Source: the human T2T-CHM13v2.0 reference genome, Homo sapiens. From it: 64,000 nucleotides of DNA. The translations under genes and the position numbers were made by a program. Of this stretch, positions 15,922-32,725 are shown piece after piece. How positions within the stretch are numbered: the first letter of the stretch is position 1; each line of letters begins with the position of its first letter. The notes under the pieces were generated by a model. The model searched no databases. It had not been told where the DNA came from and worked only from the letters and a program-made list of their open reading frames with translations. Where the stretch lies: assembly GCF_009914755.1 (NCBI RefSeq), contig NC_060934.1; one strand, written 5' to 3'.

Positions 15922-16237
15922 CTGTAAAAAGAGAGGTCATCAGGGTTAGGCGAGACTTTGTTGTTGGAGAGGGACCCCAACTCAAGTTTACTTCATTTTT
16001 CTCAGTCTTTTTGGGATGGGAAGGTTGGAAGAACTATAATTTTCCCTGCAAAGCCACAATCTCATTTCTGTTGAGCTTCTTCATAATGAAAAGAACTTTG
16101 CTTTTGTTTTAAGACCATCTTCATCTTGCACTACCTGACATTTCAGAGGAAGAGCCCAATCCTGAAGGGTTTTTGGAAATGTGTTTAGAGAAGACGCTAT
16201 GTGAAAATGTTCCTTATGTCCTACAGAAATAGGCACA

Positions 16238-16535
16238 GGCCGGGCGTGGTGGCTGACCTGCAATCCCAGTACTTTGGGAGGCCAAGGTAGGAGAATCACT
16301 TGAGGCCAGGAGTTTGAGTCCAGTCTGGGCAACATAGCAAGACCTCATCTCTACAAAATGTAAAAAAAATAGCCTAGTGTGATGGCACACACCTGTGGTC
16401 TCAGCTACTTGGGAGTCTGAGGTGGGAGAATCACTTGAGCCCAGGAGGTCAAAGCTGAAATGAGTTGTGTTTACATCACTGTACTCCAGCCTGGGCAACA
16501 GAGTGAGACTCTGTCTTAAGAAAAAAAAAAAAAAG
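16238..16535 (+). mobile_element. Alu (J-like)
   Basis: Dimer plus poly-A. Confidence 0.92.
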
Positions 16536-16553
16536 GCACATAAGACAGGATAG

Positions 16554-17075
<522 letters not shown>

Positions 17076-18164
17076 TGAAATGTATTAGTTGATATCCACA
17101 TTCTTTCCTGCTTGCTTAGAAGCGGCCTCAAAATCCTCAACACAAACATGACAGAAAAAGGCAAATAAACAAAACAAGTTCAACATTACTTCTACTGCAA
17201 GTTGAGTCCTCCAGGAGCTGATGCTGAGATGGGTTTGAAATGCCAGATATTTTCAGCAATCCACACCTATGAAAGGAATCGGCTGGGGGGAAGCAGGATG
17301 GGCAGACGGAGATGTCCATTTGTGACGCAGACCCAGCAATTCATTGGGCAGCCCAGCCATGAGCTCCCGAGTGAGCACTGCCCATCAGAGTGGCCCAAGT
17401 CAGGCCCACATGCCAGGTCTGAATGCCTCTGCCTCACACGTCAATGGGTGTGGGTCACCCCGGAAGGGAGCAACCTGCACCTGAAGCCAATCCTGAAGCA
17501 GGTGGCAGGTACTGTCTGCTCATCACACAACTGCAGCGGGGGCAGCATGTCTTCCCTTAGCAGGGGATCTGGGAGGCCCATCTCCATGACCACCACAACC
17601 ACCAATCAAGGACAAAAATACTCAAACCACTTGATCTCATTACTGCTTGTCAATTATGCAAAGATTTTTTTTTTAAGAGAATTGGGTAATGCTGGATGTT
17701 GACAAGGGCACAGAGAGGCAGGTTCTCTGGATACTTGCTGGTGGGAGTATAATGGATTCAATGTCTCAGGAAACCAACATAGCAGCATGTGTTTAGAGCC
17801 TTAACGAGGTTTTTATCCTTTCACCTAATAATTTCTCTCTCCAGATCTATCCTAAGGAAATAGTCATGACACTAGACAAATATTTCTTTACAAAGTGGTT
17901 TACTATAGCATTATTTACAAGAGTTAAAATGAAAAAATCTAATTGCCTCATAATCAGTGATATTCAAATTAGTCATAATACCTTCATTTAATAAAATAAA
18001 GAGCTGTTTGAATTATGTTTTCCCAGGATATTTAATAATATGGAGAAATGCTCCCAATGCAATGTTAAGTTCCCAATATCATAAAAATATCCATTGAGAG
18101 CTGTATTGGCTAATGCCAATATGGCAGGCATTAGCAACATGTGATAATTTAAATTAAAATTATA

Positions 18165-18740
18165 TTTGTTGACAGGTGAATGGATAAAAATATGTTTATA
18201 TAGAGAGTGGAATATTATTCAGTCATGGAAAAGAAGGAAATGCTGACATTTGCAACAACATGGAAGAACGGAAGGACGTCATGCTAAGTGAAGGAAGTGA
18301 GACCCAGAAAGACAAATACCACATGATTTCACGCATATGCAAAATCTACAAAAGTTGAACTCATAAAAGCAGAGAGTAGAGCGGTGGCTGGTTAGGAAAA
18401 TGGGGAGATGCTGATGGAAGGGTCCAAACTTTCAGTTATAAGGTGAGGAAGGTCTGGGGGTCTAAGGTAAGCTATTGTGACCATAGTTAATTATACTGTA
18501 CTGCTTACTTGAAATTTGCTGATAGTGGATCTTAAGTGTTCTTCTCTCTCTCTCTCTCTCTCTGTCTCTCATACACACACTCTGTCACACACACACAGTA
18601 ATTATGTGAGGTAATGTTAAACTCAATTGTAGTGATCATTTCCCAATGTATAAATATATCAAATTATCATGTTATTTACTTTAAATATATACAATTTTGA
18701 TTTGTCAGTTATACCTCAATAAAGCTGGGAAAAATATAAA
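18165..18740 (+). mobile_element. L1MA/MB 3' end with (CT)n(CA)n, nested in a MER3/MER33-like element (~18095-18905)
   Basis: GGAATATTATTCAGTCA...TTATACCTCAATAAAGCTGGGAAAAA, with MER-like halves on either side. Confidence 0.75.
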
Positions 18741-19423
18741 AAATTGTAATTAATTAACATTAAAGACAATTAAAACTTTAGTTCCTTATTTGTTCTAGCT
18801 ACATCTCAGATACTTTATAGCCACTCATGGCTAGTGGTTCTGTTTGACAGCACAGATGGAAGACATTTTTGTCATCATGGAAAGTTCTATTAGATAGCAC
18901 TGGTTTAGAAAAAAAAAGATAGTCATTAATTCACCAGTATTTTAAGAAAGATTGGCTCTTAACTGTGGGTTCACCAATGCTTTTATGTCTTTACTGTATA
19001 TTTTCTAAAATTTTTTACAATTGAAATGTACTACTTTTATTACCAGAAAAATAACCAAAAATAATGTTAGCATAAAATGTTGCATTTCAATAAGGCATTG
19101 TAATTCCAAATTATTTTGTTAACTCAGTTGAAAGTGGAATTTTTCCTTGAGCATGCTATTTCCTTGAGTTGCTAATTTTGTTGCTTTCTCAGTTAGGCTT
19201 CACTAGAAGATAAACGTAGTGATAGATTTTTTTTAAGCAAATTTATTCTAAATGTGGCTTAATTTTTATTTGAAACAAAATTCTATTAACCAGGAGAAAA
19301 AGTAACAAAATACATCGTCTATAAGAGATAGCAATTGAAACAACATACGCAGATTCACTAGCATTTGGTTTATAGTTCTACAGTGAAAACTAAAGCTATA
19401 TCAGCTTATAAAATTCTCTTGCC

Positions 19424-19566
19424 AGCCTGGTGCGGTGGCTCACGCCTATAATCCCAGCACTTTGGGAGGCTGAGGCGGGCAGATCGCCAGGTCAGGAGAT
19501 GGAGACCATCCTCTCAAAACAAACATCCATCTCAAAACAAACAATCAAACAAACAACAACAAAAAA
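19424..19566 (+). mobile_element. Internally collapsed Alu (5' ~90 nt joined to tail)
   Basis: Left-arm start jumps to CCATCTCAAAACAAAC. Confidence 0.8.
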
Positions 19567-20414
19567 GTCTTTTGCCTATCTTCTTGAGATATAAATATTT
19601 AGGATAATAACAGCTATTACCACTAGCTAATACTTTATTGAAATCTTACTCTATGTCAGGCACATGTTAAATCTCTTCACGCAAAATCTCCATCAGTCCT
19701 CAGAACAACCATTTCTATGGGTACCATTTTATCCCCATAAACCAAGTTCACACACTCAGTTAATGAGCCTGTATTCCGATAGAGGGCTTAAATTCTGTTT
19801 TCCTCTGATTCCTTCTTCCAACAGAGGCCACTTAAGCAAGATTCCTGCTCATGGAACACTATATGCTAATAAAGTTGATAATGAAAATATACTTTTAATT
19901 TTTCTAGTAATTATTTACTTTTAATATACTTTTAATTTTTCTAGTAATTATTTACCTATGAGATTATCCAAACTTAAGCATTTGGTACCTGATATATGTT
20001 CAAATTACTTAGAGACCCTTTATTTCGGGTGCATAAGTGCTTAATAAATGCTGAGACACTCGTTTGTGTTTGGAAGTGGTCTAGCGTATTTCCTGGGAGA
20101 CATGGGTTTGGGGCTGTCTCTAGGGGTTGGAGAGACACAGTGAGGAGGAAGCAGATCACATTCTATTATTCTGGGATTGGAGGTCATCCCAGGCATGTAC
20201 AGAAAGTGCACATTTGTACTGGGGGCAGGGCAGTTTGCTTGGCTGGCAATGTTCTGTAAGGATTCCTGAAAGGGTCAGGCCATGCAGGACCAGGAAGCAG
20301 ACACCGCGTAAAGTTGTTTGTCCCCTCCTATGTTGTTAGAGCATTTTGTTGCACAATTGGGATGTTTTGAAAGTACTCATTGGACACAACTGAATTTCCT
20401 TAGGAAAGTATGTC

Positions 20415-22878
<2,464 letters not shown>

Positions 22879-23219
22879 TTTAGATATTAAAGAGACAGCT
22901 CTTTCAAATACTAAAAAATGGCATGTTGCAAGTGTTAAAAAGCTGGAAAAATTCACAAAAATCTGCAAAAAGGAAATATTTCTGCAATTTTCTGTTTGGC
23001 ACAGATAATATGATTTTCCTACATATTTTTGTGTTTGTATTTATCGATTGCTTCTTCATATGCCAAAAATTGTGTAATATCATCTTCTACAAGGAGAATA
23101 GAAGGATCGTTTAGAATTTCCTCAAGGGCAGAGGTTGGTAAACTGCAGCGTGAGGCCACTGCTGTTTTTGTAAATAAAGTTTTATTAGAACACACAAAAA
23201 ATAAAAATAAAAAACAGAT

Positions 23220-23599
23220 CCCTGGGTGGAGATTTAAGATGCTAATGAGACATGAGATGTATGGACAATCATGTACAGCTACTGAGTAAGTGCACCAAGA
23301 GGATCGCCCAGAACATGCTTACTAGCAACACCTCTTCCCACCCGCTTATGAGTAACCATGGAAGTCTCCATTAAAGGGAGCATCCCTGGTACCAGTCTTT
23401 GTTGTCCAATCTTCACGAGCAGCCTGCCTTGATATCTTCCTCTCTCAGGGTGTACTGTCTATTCTGCACCTAACTTTCAAAATGGTCTTTTTCTTTCTCA
23501 ATAAATTACTTTATGCTACATCTCCTTTGCTATGTGTCTTTTGTTGAAATTCTTTTAAACTAAGAAGACAGGACCCGAGGACTCACAAGAGCCGTCAAC
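23220..23599 (+). mobile_element. ERV LTR 3' portion (family uncertain)
   Basis: AATAAA near 23499, U5-like T-rich segment, ends ...GTCAACA. Confidence 0.55.
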
Positions 23600-26500
23600 A
23601 CATACACTGTGTGTGTATTCAATAAAAAATTATTCCATGCGCAGAGGCAGAGAAATGTGACACATACTAAGAAAAAGATCGGTCAAGGGCAAGACTCAGA
23701 AAGGACAGTTGATTGCATTAGCTGATAAGAAATTTAAATCACTGCTTATAAATATGATGATTTATATCAAGGACTTAAAGAGAAACAGGAATAAAATGAA
23801 ATGAAAGAAACAAAATTATGATGCCAAATAAAAAACACAGTATCTGAAAAGAAACATCCAATCAATAAGTTTAACAGATTAGCATTAAAAAAAAAAAGTA
23901 ACAGCCGACTTGAAGACATAATAATGGAAACTATTGAAAATAAAATACAGGGAGGGAAAAATACTAAAAAACGAGGAACCTCAATGATGAATGGTACAGC
24001 ATCAGCGATCGAACATACATGCCGTTAGAATTCTTGAAGGAGAAAAGAAAAGCATTAGAAGAAAGAATGGCTGAAATGTTTCCAAATTTAATGAAAATTA
24101 TAAACTCAGGGATACAAAATGTTAATGAATACCAAGTAAGATAAACACAAATATCACACATCATCGAATTGCTGAAAATGAGTGACAAAGAGAAAATCTT
24201 AAAAACAACTAGAGAAAAAAAACACATATTACATACCGGGGACAAACAGAAGGAAATCACTGGTTTCCCATCATACACAAGGCAAGCCAGAAAGCAACCG
24301 AATATCTTTAAAAACTTGAAGCCAAGTGTGGTGGCTCACAACTGTAATCCCAGCACTTTGGGAGGCTGAGGTGAGAGGATTGCCTGAGCCCAGGAGTTTG
24401 AGACCAGCGTGGGTAACATGACGAGACCCCATCTCCACAATTTTTTTTTTTAAATCAGCCAGGCATGGTGGCACGTGCCTGTAGTCCCAGCTGCTCAGGA
24501 GGCTGAGGCATGAGAATTACTTGAGTCCAGGAGGTCAAGGCTGCAGTGAGTTGTGATCATGCCACTACACTCACAGTGTTGTTCTGAGACAGAGCACGAC
24601 CCTGTCTCAAAACAACAACAATAACAACTTGAGGTGGAAAAGAACTGTCAGCCCAGAATTTTATATGTAAAGAAAATATTCCTCAAAATCAAAATAAGTA
24701 CAGATATTTTCAGACAGAAAGAATGCTTGCTAATAGACCTCTACTCTAAAACAAAACAAAACAAAGTTAAAGAAAGTTCTTTAGGCTGAAGGAAAACGAT
24801 ATCAATTAACTGTCTGCTCAAGTAAATCCACCAAAGGAATGAAGAGTATTGGAAATAATAATGTGTAATAGATACTATAAAACTTTTTTCTCATTTAAAA
24901 ATTTATTTAAAAGACAATTGTTTAAAGAAAAAATTATAAAAATGCATTGTGAGGTACACAAATATAGAAGAAAAATGCATGACAATACAGCACAAAGGAT
25001 GGAATAGGAAAAATTGAAGTATACTGTTAAGAAACTCATACGTTACATATGAAGTGGTGTGTTACTTGAAGGTAAGATGTAATAAGATAATGATGCCTAT
25101 TGGAAACCCTACAGTAACAACTAAAAACAAAATAGAAGTATAGCTAACAAACCAATGGAGGAAATAAAAGAGAATACTAAAAAATATTCAATAAATTCAA
25201 AAGAAGGCAGAAAAAATGGAACCAAGAATAGATGGCACAAACAGAAAACAAAATAGCAAGATGTAATTTAAAACTAGCCATATCAGCCGGGTGCAGTGGC
25301 TCACTTCTGTAATCCCAGCACTTTGGGAGGCCAAGGTAGGCAGATCACAAGGTCAGGAGATCGAGACCATCCTGGCTGACACAGTGAAACCCCATCTCTA
25401 CTAAAAAAAATACAAAAAATTAGCTGGGCGTGGTGGCATGTGCCTGTAGTCCCAGCTACTCAGGAAGCTGAGGCAGAAGAATCACTTGAACCCAGGAGGC
25501 AGAGGGTGCAATGAGCCAAGATCGCGCCACTGTACTCCAGCCTGGGCGACAGAGCAAAGCTCCAACTCAACAAAACAAAAAAAGAAAAAAAAAGAAAAAG
25601 AAAAAACTAGTCATATCAGTAATCACATTAAATGCAAACGGCCTAATCATGGCATAACCCACAGGCCAATCTCCCGTTTCTGTAAATAAAGTCTTATTGG
25701 AACACAGCCAGGCCCATTCATTTATATACTTTCTATGGCTGCTTTCACACTATGTCATGGTTGGGTAGTTGCAATCGAAACCATATGGCCTGAAAAGCCT
25801 AAAATATTTATCATTTGGCCCTTTAGGCAAACATTTGCTGACCTATGTTTTAATCACTCCTACTGAAAAACAGTAATTACCAGAATGGATATAAAAGCAA
25901 CACATAACTCTACATGACTTATAAATAATTCACCTTAAATATAAAGACAGATGGATTAAAAGTAGAAGGATGGAAAGAAACATACTATACAAATATTTCC
26001 TCAAAGAAAGCGAGAGTGGGCTATACTGCTATCAAACAAAGTAGATTTCTGGATGAGAAATAGCACCAGAGTTAAGGAGAAACTTGGACTCCAGTGATAA
26101 AAGAGTCAATTCACCACAAGGACATAACAACCCTCAAAGAATATATGCCTAAGAACAAAGCTTCAAAAATGGACGAGACTGAAAGGTGAAATAGACAAAG
26201 CTAAAATGATAGTTGCAAATTTCAATATGTATTTCTCACCGTATAGTAGAACAAGTAAGAAAATTAGAAAGGAAGTAACAATCATTTATAGAACATCCAC
26301 CCACCAAATATAAAATACACATTTTTTTTCCAAATGCACATTCACCGTAAGACACATTTGCTGTGCTGTAAAACAAGGTTAAAGAAATATTAAAGGTTTG
26401 AAATCATATAGACCTGGGATCTCCAACCCCTGAACCACAGACCTATGTGTGTCTGTGGCCTCACAGCAGGAGGTGAGCAGCAGGTGAGTGAGTGAATCTT

Positions 26501-26970
26501 CATCTGTATTTACAGACCCTCCCCATCTCCCACATTACTGCCTGGACTCCACCTCCTGTCAGATCAGTGGCCGCATTAGATTCTTATATAGGTGTGAACT
26601 CTACTGTGAACTGCGCTTGCAAGGGATTTAGGTTACATTCTCCTTATGAGAATCTAATGCCTGATGATCCGTCACTGTCTCCCATCACCCCCAGATGGGA
26701 CTGTCTAGTTGCAGGAAAATAAGCCCAGGACTCCCACTGATTCTACATTATGGTGAGTTGCATAATTATTCCTTATATATTGCAATGTAATAATAATAGA
26801 AATAAAGTGGACAATAAGTGTAATGCGCTTGAATCATCCTGAAACCATCCTCCTCCCCCTCGTCCACGGAAAATTTGTCTTCCACAGACTGTTCCCTGGT
26901 GCCAAAAAGGTTGGGGACCACTGATACAGACCATATTCTCTTACTGTAATGAGGTGAAACTAGAAATCTT
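23600..26970 (+). mobile_element. Old L1M (ORF1 to endonuclease region), heavily interrupted
   Basis: A-rich; ORF1-like remnant DKEKILKTTREKKHI. Interrupted by Alus at ~24320-24630 and ~25285-25605, a MER58-like piece at ~25650-25850, and MER1A. Confidence 0.75.
26414..26923. mobile_element. MER1A-like hAT-Charlie element
   Basis: Imperfect TIRs CTGGGATCTCCAACC / GGTTGGGGACCACTG. 8-bp TSD ATATAGAC / ATACAGAC. Confidence 0.85.
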
Positions 26971-27673
26971 TAATAAAAGCTCATTCTGGGATCATCCTTC
27001 ACTCTCAGGCTGGGCATTCCTCTTGCCTTTCTCCCTCATCGAGTCCCTTGTTTCCCGAACTATGTTTCCTCTTACTTGCTTTAGTTTATCCTTTTGGTGG
27101 AGTATGTTTTCCTATAGTTTTGTGAGAGAGGGTGCATGGGAGCTGGGCTGAGTATCTCATCTTTGCCCTGATGGATCCACTCTCTACCCTTCTCCACCAT
27201 GCTCTGTGCACTCAGAGGCCAACACACACAGTTGGCGTCAATGGATTCCCATGTCCTCTGACTTCTGGAGGGGTTTAAATAAGAGTAGGCATCAGCAGGG
27301 AAGGGACAGAAGAAGGACACTGAGGTTGGCATATACATATAATATCTTCCAGCTTTATTTCTGTCAGGTCACTCAGCACAAGTCATGTCCCTTGAGGGAA
27401 GATCTCAGATCCTAGAAGGCAGTCCTCTCCCGGCAGACCTTTTGTACCTCAGTGCTGGTCAAAGCTCTCTTTCCATTCCTCTTTGGGCAAGGGATTCTTA
27501 ATCCCTCACTTCACTATTGCCATGGTTTTTCTATGATTTGATCAGATCCTTGTAAGTAGAGTCTATTAATATTCTCTTCCAATTACCCAGTTTGCATTTG
27601 TTCTGTTTTCCAGCCAGGATTCTTTATGATACAGGAGGTAAAAAATGTAACAACTTGATTCTCAGAAAATATA

Positions 27674-28607
27674 CTCTAGGTGGCTAGAACTACAGGCATA
27701 TGCCTGGCTATTTTTAATTTGTGTGGAGACAGAGTCTGGCTGTAGGGTCTCACTATGGGGTCTCGCCCAGGCTGGTCTTGAACTCCTGGCCTAAGGTGAC
27801 TCTCTGACTTCACTCTTGTACCTTGCATGGCAAAAGGGACTCTGCCTGAGTCCTTAGAAGCAGAGAATCTTGCCCAGCTGTGGTTACAGAGAGATCCCAT
27901 GACAGAAGAAGGAGGAAAGATTCAAAGTGTGAAAGGGACTCGACCCACTATTGCTGGCTGTGAAGATGGAGTAAGGGGCCATGAGTCAAGGGGTGTGAGT
28001 GGTCCCTAGAAGCCTGGAATGGCCCTTGGGTGACAACCTGCAAGCAACAAGGATCTCAGTTCGACACCCCCAAGGAACTGAACTCTGCCAAAACCCAAAT
28101 GAGCAAGGACATGGATTTTCCTACAGAGCCTCCAGAAAGGAAAACAGGCCTGTGAGCACCTTGACTTCAGCCCTGTGAATCCGCTGGCACTCTTCCAGCC
28201 TAGAGGACTGTAAGGAAATTTTGCGGTGTTTAAGCCACAAGTTTGTGGTAATTTTTTAGGGCAGCATTAGAAACTTAATTCCTTTCTAAGTGAATTCAAT
28301 GATATTTTAATGACTCGGTATGTTGGACAAGATTCTCTCCTTCTAAGGACTCATGAGATTGGATTGGCTCCACCCACATTGCCCAGGATAATCTCTCTTG
28401 CTCAGGCTCAGATCCTTCCTCACATCTGCAAAGTCCCTTTTGCCATGTAAGGTACAAGAGTGAAGTCAGACAGTCACCTTAGGCCAGGAGTTCAAGACCA
28501 GCCTGGGAGAGAACCCCATAGCAAGACCCCACAGACAGACTGTCTCTACAAAAAAAAACAAAAATAAAAATAGCTGGGCATATGCCTGTAGTTCCAGCCA
28601 CCCAGAG
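27674..28607. repeat. Inverted duplication, arms ~27674-27878 and ~28322-28607
   Basis: Manual reverse-complement alignment that includes the shared Alu/MLT1 junction. Confidence 0.88.
27820..28280 (+). mobile_element. MLT1-type (ERVL-MaLR) LTR
   Basis: ATGGCAAAAGGGAC, GAAGATGGA, GAGCCTCCAGAAAGG, AAGCCACAAGTTTGTGGTAA. Confidence 0.8.
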
Positions 28608-28720
28608 GAGGGAAGGTTGCTTGAGTCATGGAGGTCAAGACTGCAATGAGCTATGAACGCACCACTACACTCCAGCCTGGGCAACAGAGTGAGACCCTGT
28701 CTCAAAAAAAGAGAAAAGAG
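28475..28720 (+). mobile_element. Alu (J-like, 5'-truncated)
   Basis: AGGAGTTCAAGACCAGCCTGGG...GACCCTGTCTCAAAA. Confidence 0.88.
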
Positions 28721-29124
28721 AAAGAAACGTAAATTGTATTCATCTCATTCTGCTCAAAGAAGTACAAACTGCATCCTTTGAGTGAATTGCTTATGGAAAG
28801 CAGCTGGCAGGCAGCTTCCTTTTTCTTACTGAAGACATCAAATATCTCTATACATGAAAGCACAGTAGGGTTGTTTGTCCATCCCCCTGCTTTAGGGGAG
28901 GGCTTCATAAAACTGTCTACAAGGAATAAGTCATCTTTGGACAAGTCAGCCGCAGGATCCTGAGTGTCACCTTGGAAACTGTTGCATAATTTACCAATCT
29001 TGAACAGACCTATTTGCAAGTCTGAACTCCAAATTTTAGTTAAAGCAAGACATGGTTGGTGATCCCATTGTCGGCTTTCTCACCTGGTCCTGAGGATGGC
29101 ATCACTGGAAAGTCAGAGCCTCAC

Positions 29125-29283
29125 CTGAGCAGGCGACGTGGCAGTGGTTGTTCTCCTTCAGCTTTCCGCGTCTGCACCACGCGAAGCTGTTGATCTGGAA
29201 GATGCCGTAGTCGATGCTGCCGTCATCCAGGACCGTCTGGGCTGTGGTGTTGTAGCCGCTCTCATAATACGCCATGCAGATCC
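29125..29283 (-). CDS. LYZL2: Exon 3: catalytic region ([20 protein letters not shown])
   Basis: Acceptor TTTCCCCCCCTCCAG|GG and donor TCAG|GTGAG. 159 nt carrying the lysozyme C signature [11 protein letters not shown]. Confidence 0.97.
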
Positions 29284-29796
29284 CTGGAGGGGGGAAAGCC
29301 AGAAACGCCAGCAAAGGAGGTGCCATCTTTTGCTCTAAGCTTGGTCTAAGGGCAAGTTTCCTCATCCCTGTTACCTGACTGCTTCCTCCCAATACACCTT
29401 GGGCAGGGCAGGGCGGGCATGTGCCCAGGGGGCACACGAGGGGCACATCAGGGGCTGGGATGGCACACCTGAAGCTGCACACCCAGTCAGGGGCTGAGCC
29501 TAATCTAGACCAACAGTCAGGTCCCCCCACTCCCCACAATGCCAGCAGAGGTGGCATTATTTTCCCCTTCCCTGGCTAGTGTCATAAGGACAGGACTCCA
29601 GGAATAAGGAAATGAGGGGCAGGGGAGGAAGGAGAGGAGACCCAGAGAGCCACAGTTAGGCCAGCAGCCACCCCTGGGTGTGGTGAGGGCAGAGCAGGGG
29701 TAGTTGGGGAGACACAGCAGGGAGTGTAGCCAGGACCTTCAACATCTCAGGGGAAAGGTCAAGGACAGAAAGAGAGCAGGAAAGAAATAATCTCAC

Positions 29797-29960
29797 AGTT
29801 TCCAAGGCTGAAGCCCCAGTAATTGTCCAGGCCAGCCCTCGAGAATATTTTTGCCAGTTTGCAACGAGTGTAGATTTTGGACTCGGCGCCTGTGACCAGG
29901 CAGCCAATGAGGGTCAGAATGCCCGCAGCCTTCATCCTCAAAGCCTGCCGGAGACAGAAC
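29797..29960 (-). CDS. LYZL2: Exon 2: signal peptide and N-terminus (main ATG at 29935)
   Basis: Acceptor TCTTTGGCAG|G and donor AACT|GTGAGA. Translates [46 protein letters not shown](W). Confidence 0.96.
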
Positions 29961-30317
29961 CTGCCAAAGAGCCGGAGAACAGGTCAGACGATCTTGATTC
30001 AGGAACTTCGAAATCCAGCATCGGTGACTGTGCACAGCCCTGCCTAGATGCTGCCTGTCACTTTGGTCATTCAGTGCCACCATCAGGGAAAACCGGCCAC
30101 TCTACGGTCCAGGGAAGGAATGTGACTGCAGGCTGTCTCCTTAATGCTTTTCCATACAGTAACTTTCAAGTCAATGCTGTGTTCTCAGGGTTAAGTAAGT
30201 GAAAAAATTAACCTTCCTTAATACACATCCAGGTGAAAACCACAAGGGGCATTTTTAGGATTTCTATTTTAATTCTATGAATGAAAAATAGAATACAGGG
30301 GTGAAACATTCCCTATA

Positions 30318-30814
30318 CTGCTGACCCTTGAACATCATAGGTTTGAACTGCGTGGGTCCATTTATCCGTGAATTTTCTTCTGCCTCTGCCACCCCGAGAC
30401 AGCAAGACCAACCCCTCCTCTTCCTCCTCCACCTCAGCCTGCTCAGTGTGAAGACAACCAGGATGAAGCCCTTTATGATGATCCACTTCCACTTAACAAA
30501 TAGTAAATATAATATAATAGTAAATATTTACTATTAACAAATAGTTAATATTTACAAATAGTAAATATATCTTCTCTTCCTTATGATTTTCTTAATAACA
30601 TTTTCTTTTCTCTAGCTTACTTTATTGTAAGAATCCAGTATAGACATAGAACGTACAAAATATGTGTTTATTGGCTGTTCATGTTATTGGTAAGGCTTCC
30701 AGTCAGCAGTAGGCTATTAGTCGTTAAGCTTCTGGGGAGTCAAAAGTTACATGCAGATTTTCAACTGAGCAGGCATTGGCACCCCGACCCCTACATTTGT
30801 TCAAGGATCAACTG
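30318..30814. mobile_element. Tigger2a/MER28-like TcMar DNA transposon
   Basis: TIRs CTGCTGACCCTTGAACA / TGTTCAAGGATCAACTG. Confidence 0.8.
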
Positions 30815-30897
30815 GGTGTGTAGAAACAGACACCCCATTTCAGCCAGAGATGAAATACACGTGGACCTGAATGGAAAACTTTAAGATTCATCGTCTA

Positions 30898-31233
<336 letters not shown>

Positions 31234-31869
31234 CTAATCTTTCCTTTTCTTTTCTTGATGCATTTCAAAATGTGGGAGCATTGCTTCCAAAGTACTAGTG
31301 TTTTATCTTAGATTGCAAATGCATTGCTTTGCTAAGCTTCACAACCAGTGCTCCGGGCGGCCTCCTAAAAGTCTGGCACCTGACTGGGGAGCAAGAGGGA
31401 TGGAGGACAAAGCCTCATGAAAGGAGGAAAGCACCTGGGGGAGCAGAGGGACAATAAAGAGGCCCCCATAGAATCGTCTGAAATGGGAGTAGGATCAAGA
31501 GCGCTGTCTCCTGCTGCCTACTGATTTTCCACAATCTCCTCCCCTCTTAAAATAATGTCTTCCCCAAACACAACAGCCTTGCTGGGATGGGGTGAAGTGA
31601 AATTTCTGACAACTACTCGGGATCCTGAACTTGATGTTCTTACATATGTTCATCCCGTGTCATTTTCTGCACTTGCCTGGAAACTTCTCTAGTCATTAGT
31701 TTCTCTCCCTGGGGCTGGATTCCTGCATTGAAAGGCTAGGCCCAAAACAGGGATAAGTAGTCATCAGCAAGGCCACCGCACCGAGTAACAAGCAGGGCTT
31801 TAAGGTGACTAAGCAATAAGATAAGGAACTGCATTGCATGAGGGGCATGTACATTACAAACGTGAATAG

Positions 31870-32070
31870 CAAGCGTGGGCAAACCAGGCCCGCTTTTGTA
31901 TGTAAAGTTTTATTGAAACATAGCTACTCTCATCATTTGGTAATATATTGTTGGTGGCTGATTTCCTGCTGCAGTGGCAGAGTTGAGTAGCTGTGTTAGA
32001 GGCTGTATAGACCACAAAGCCTAACATATTATTATCTGGCCCTTTTCAGAGAGATCATGCCAGTCCGTGG
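31870..32070. mobile_element. MER58-like fragment
   Basis: TAAAGTTTTATTGAAACATAGC...ATCTGGCCCTTTTCAGA. Confidence 0.7.
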
Positions 32071-32116
32071 TGTACAGCATTGTGCTAAGCTGTGAGGGAC
32101 AGACAAACAAGGTTTA

Positions 32117-32539
<423 letters not shown>

Positions 32540-32612
32540 CTACATCCTTCAAGAACCTGCCATTGCTGGTTCTCAGGGACAGGTGGCTTCATAAGAGTAA
32601 TTTAGGTCTTAC

Positions 32613-32725
32613 TGAAAAGGCAGATTCCTGGTGCCTGCCGCAGAGGCTGACTTCTCAGTTGAGTCTGCGGAAGAAACACTGCTCCACTTAGTCGGTGACA
32701 GGCAGCTCAGGGGAGCGTCCTGCAT
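32613..32725 (-). CDS. LYZL2: Exon 1: upstream in-frame ATG segment (MQDAPLSCLSPTKWSSVSSADSTEKSASAAGTRNLPF-); coding only in the 194-aa form, otherwise 5'UTR
   Basis: ATG at 32725, open for 113 nt to donor CA|GTAAG. Joins exon 2 in frame ([15 protein letters not shown]). Confidence 0.75.

Noticed and set aside
29102-29557. 151-aa ORF as a standalone lysozyme
   Set aside because: Only 29125-29283 is lysozyme-like and splice-bounded; the rest is intron read-through.
29541-29558. CTCF-like GCCAGCAGAGGTGGCA in intron 2
   Set aside because: Spacing does not fit the core motif.
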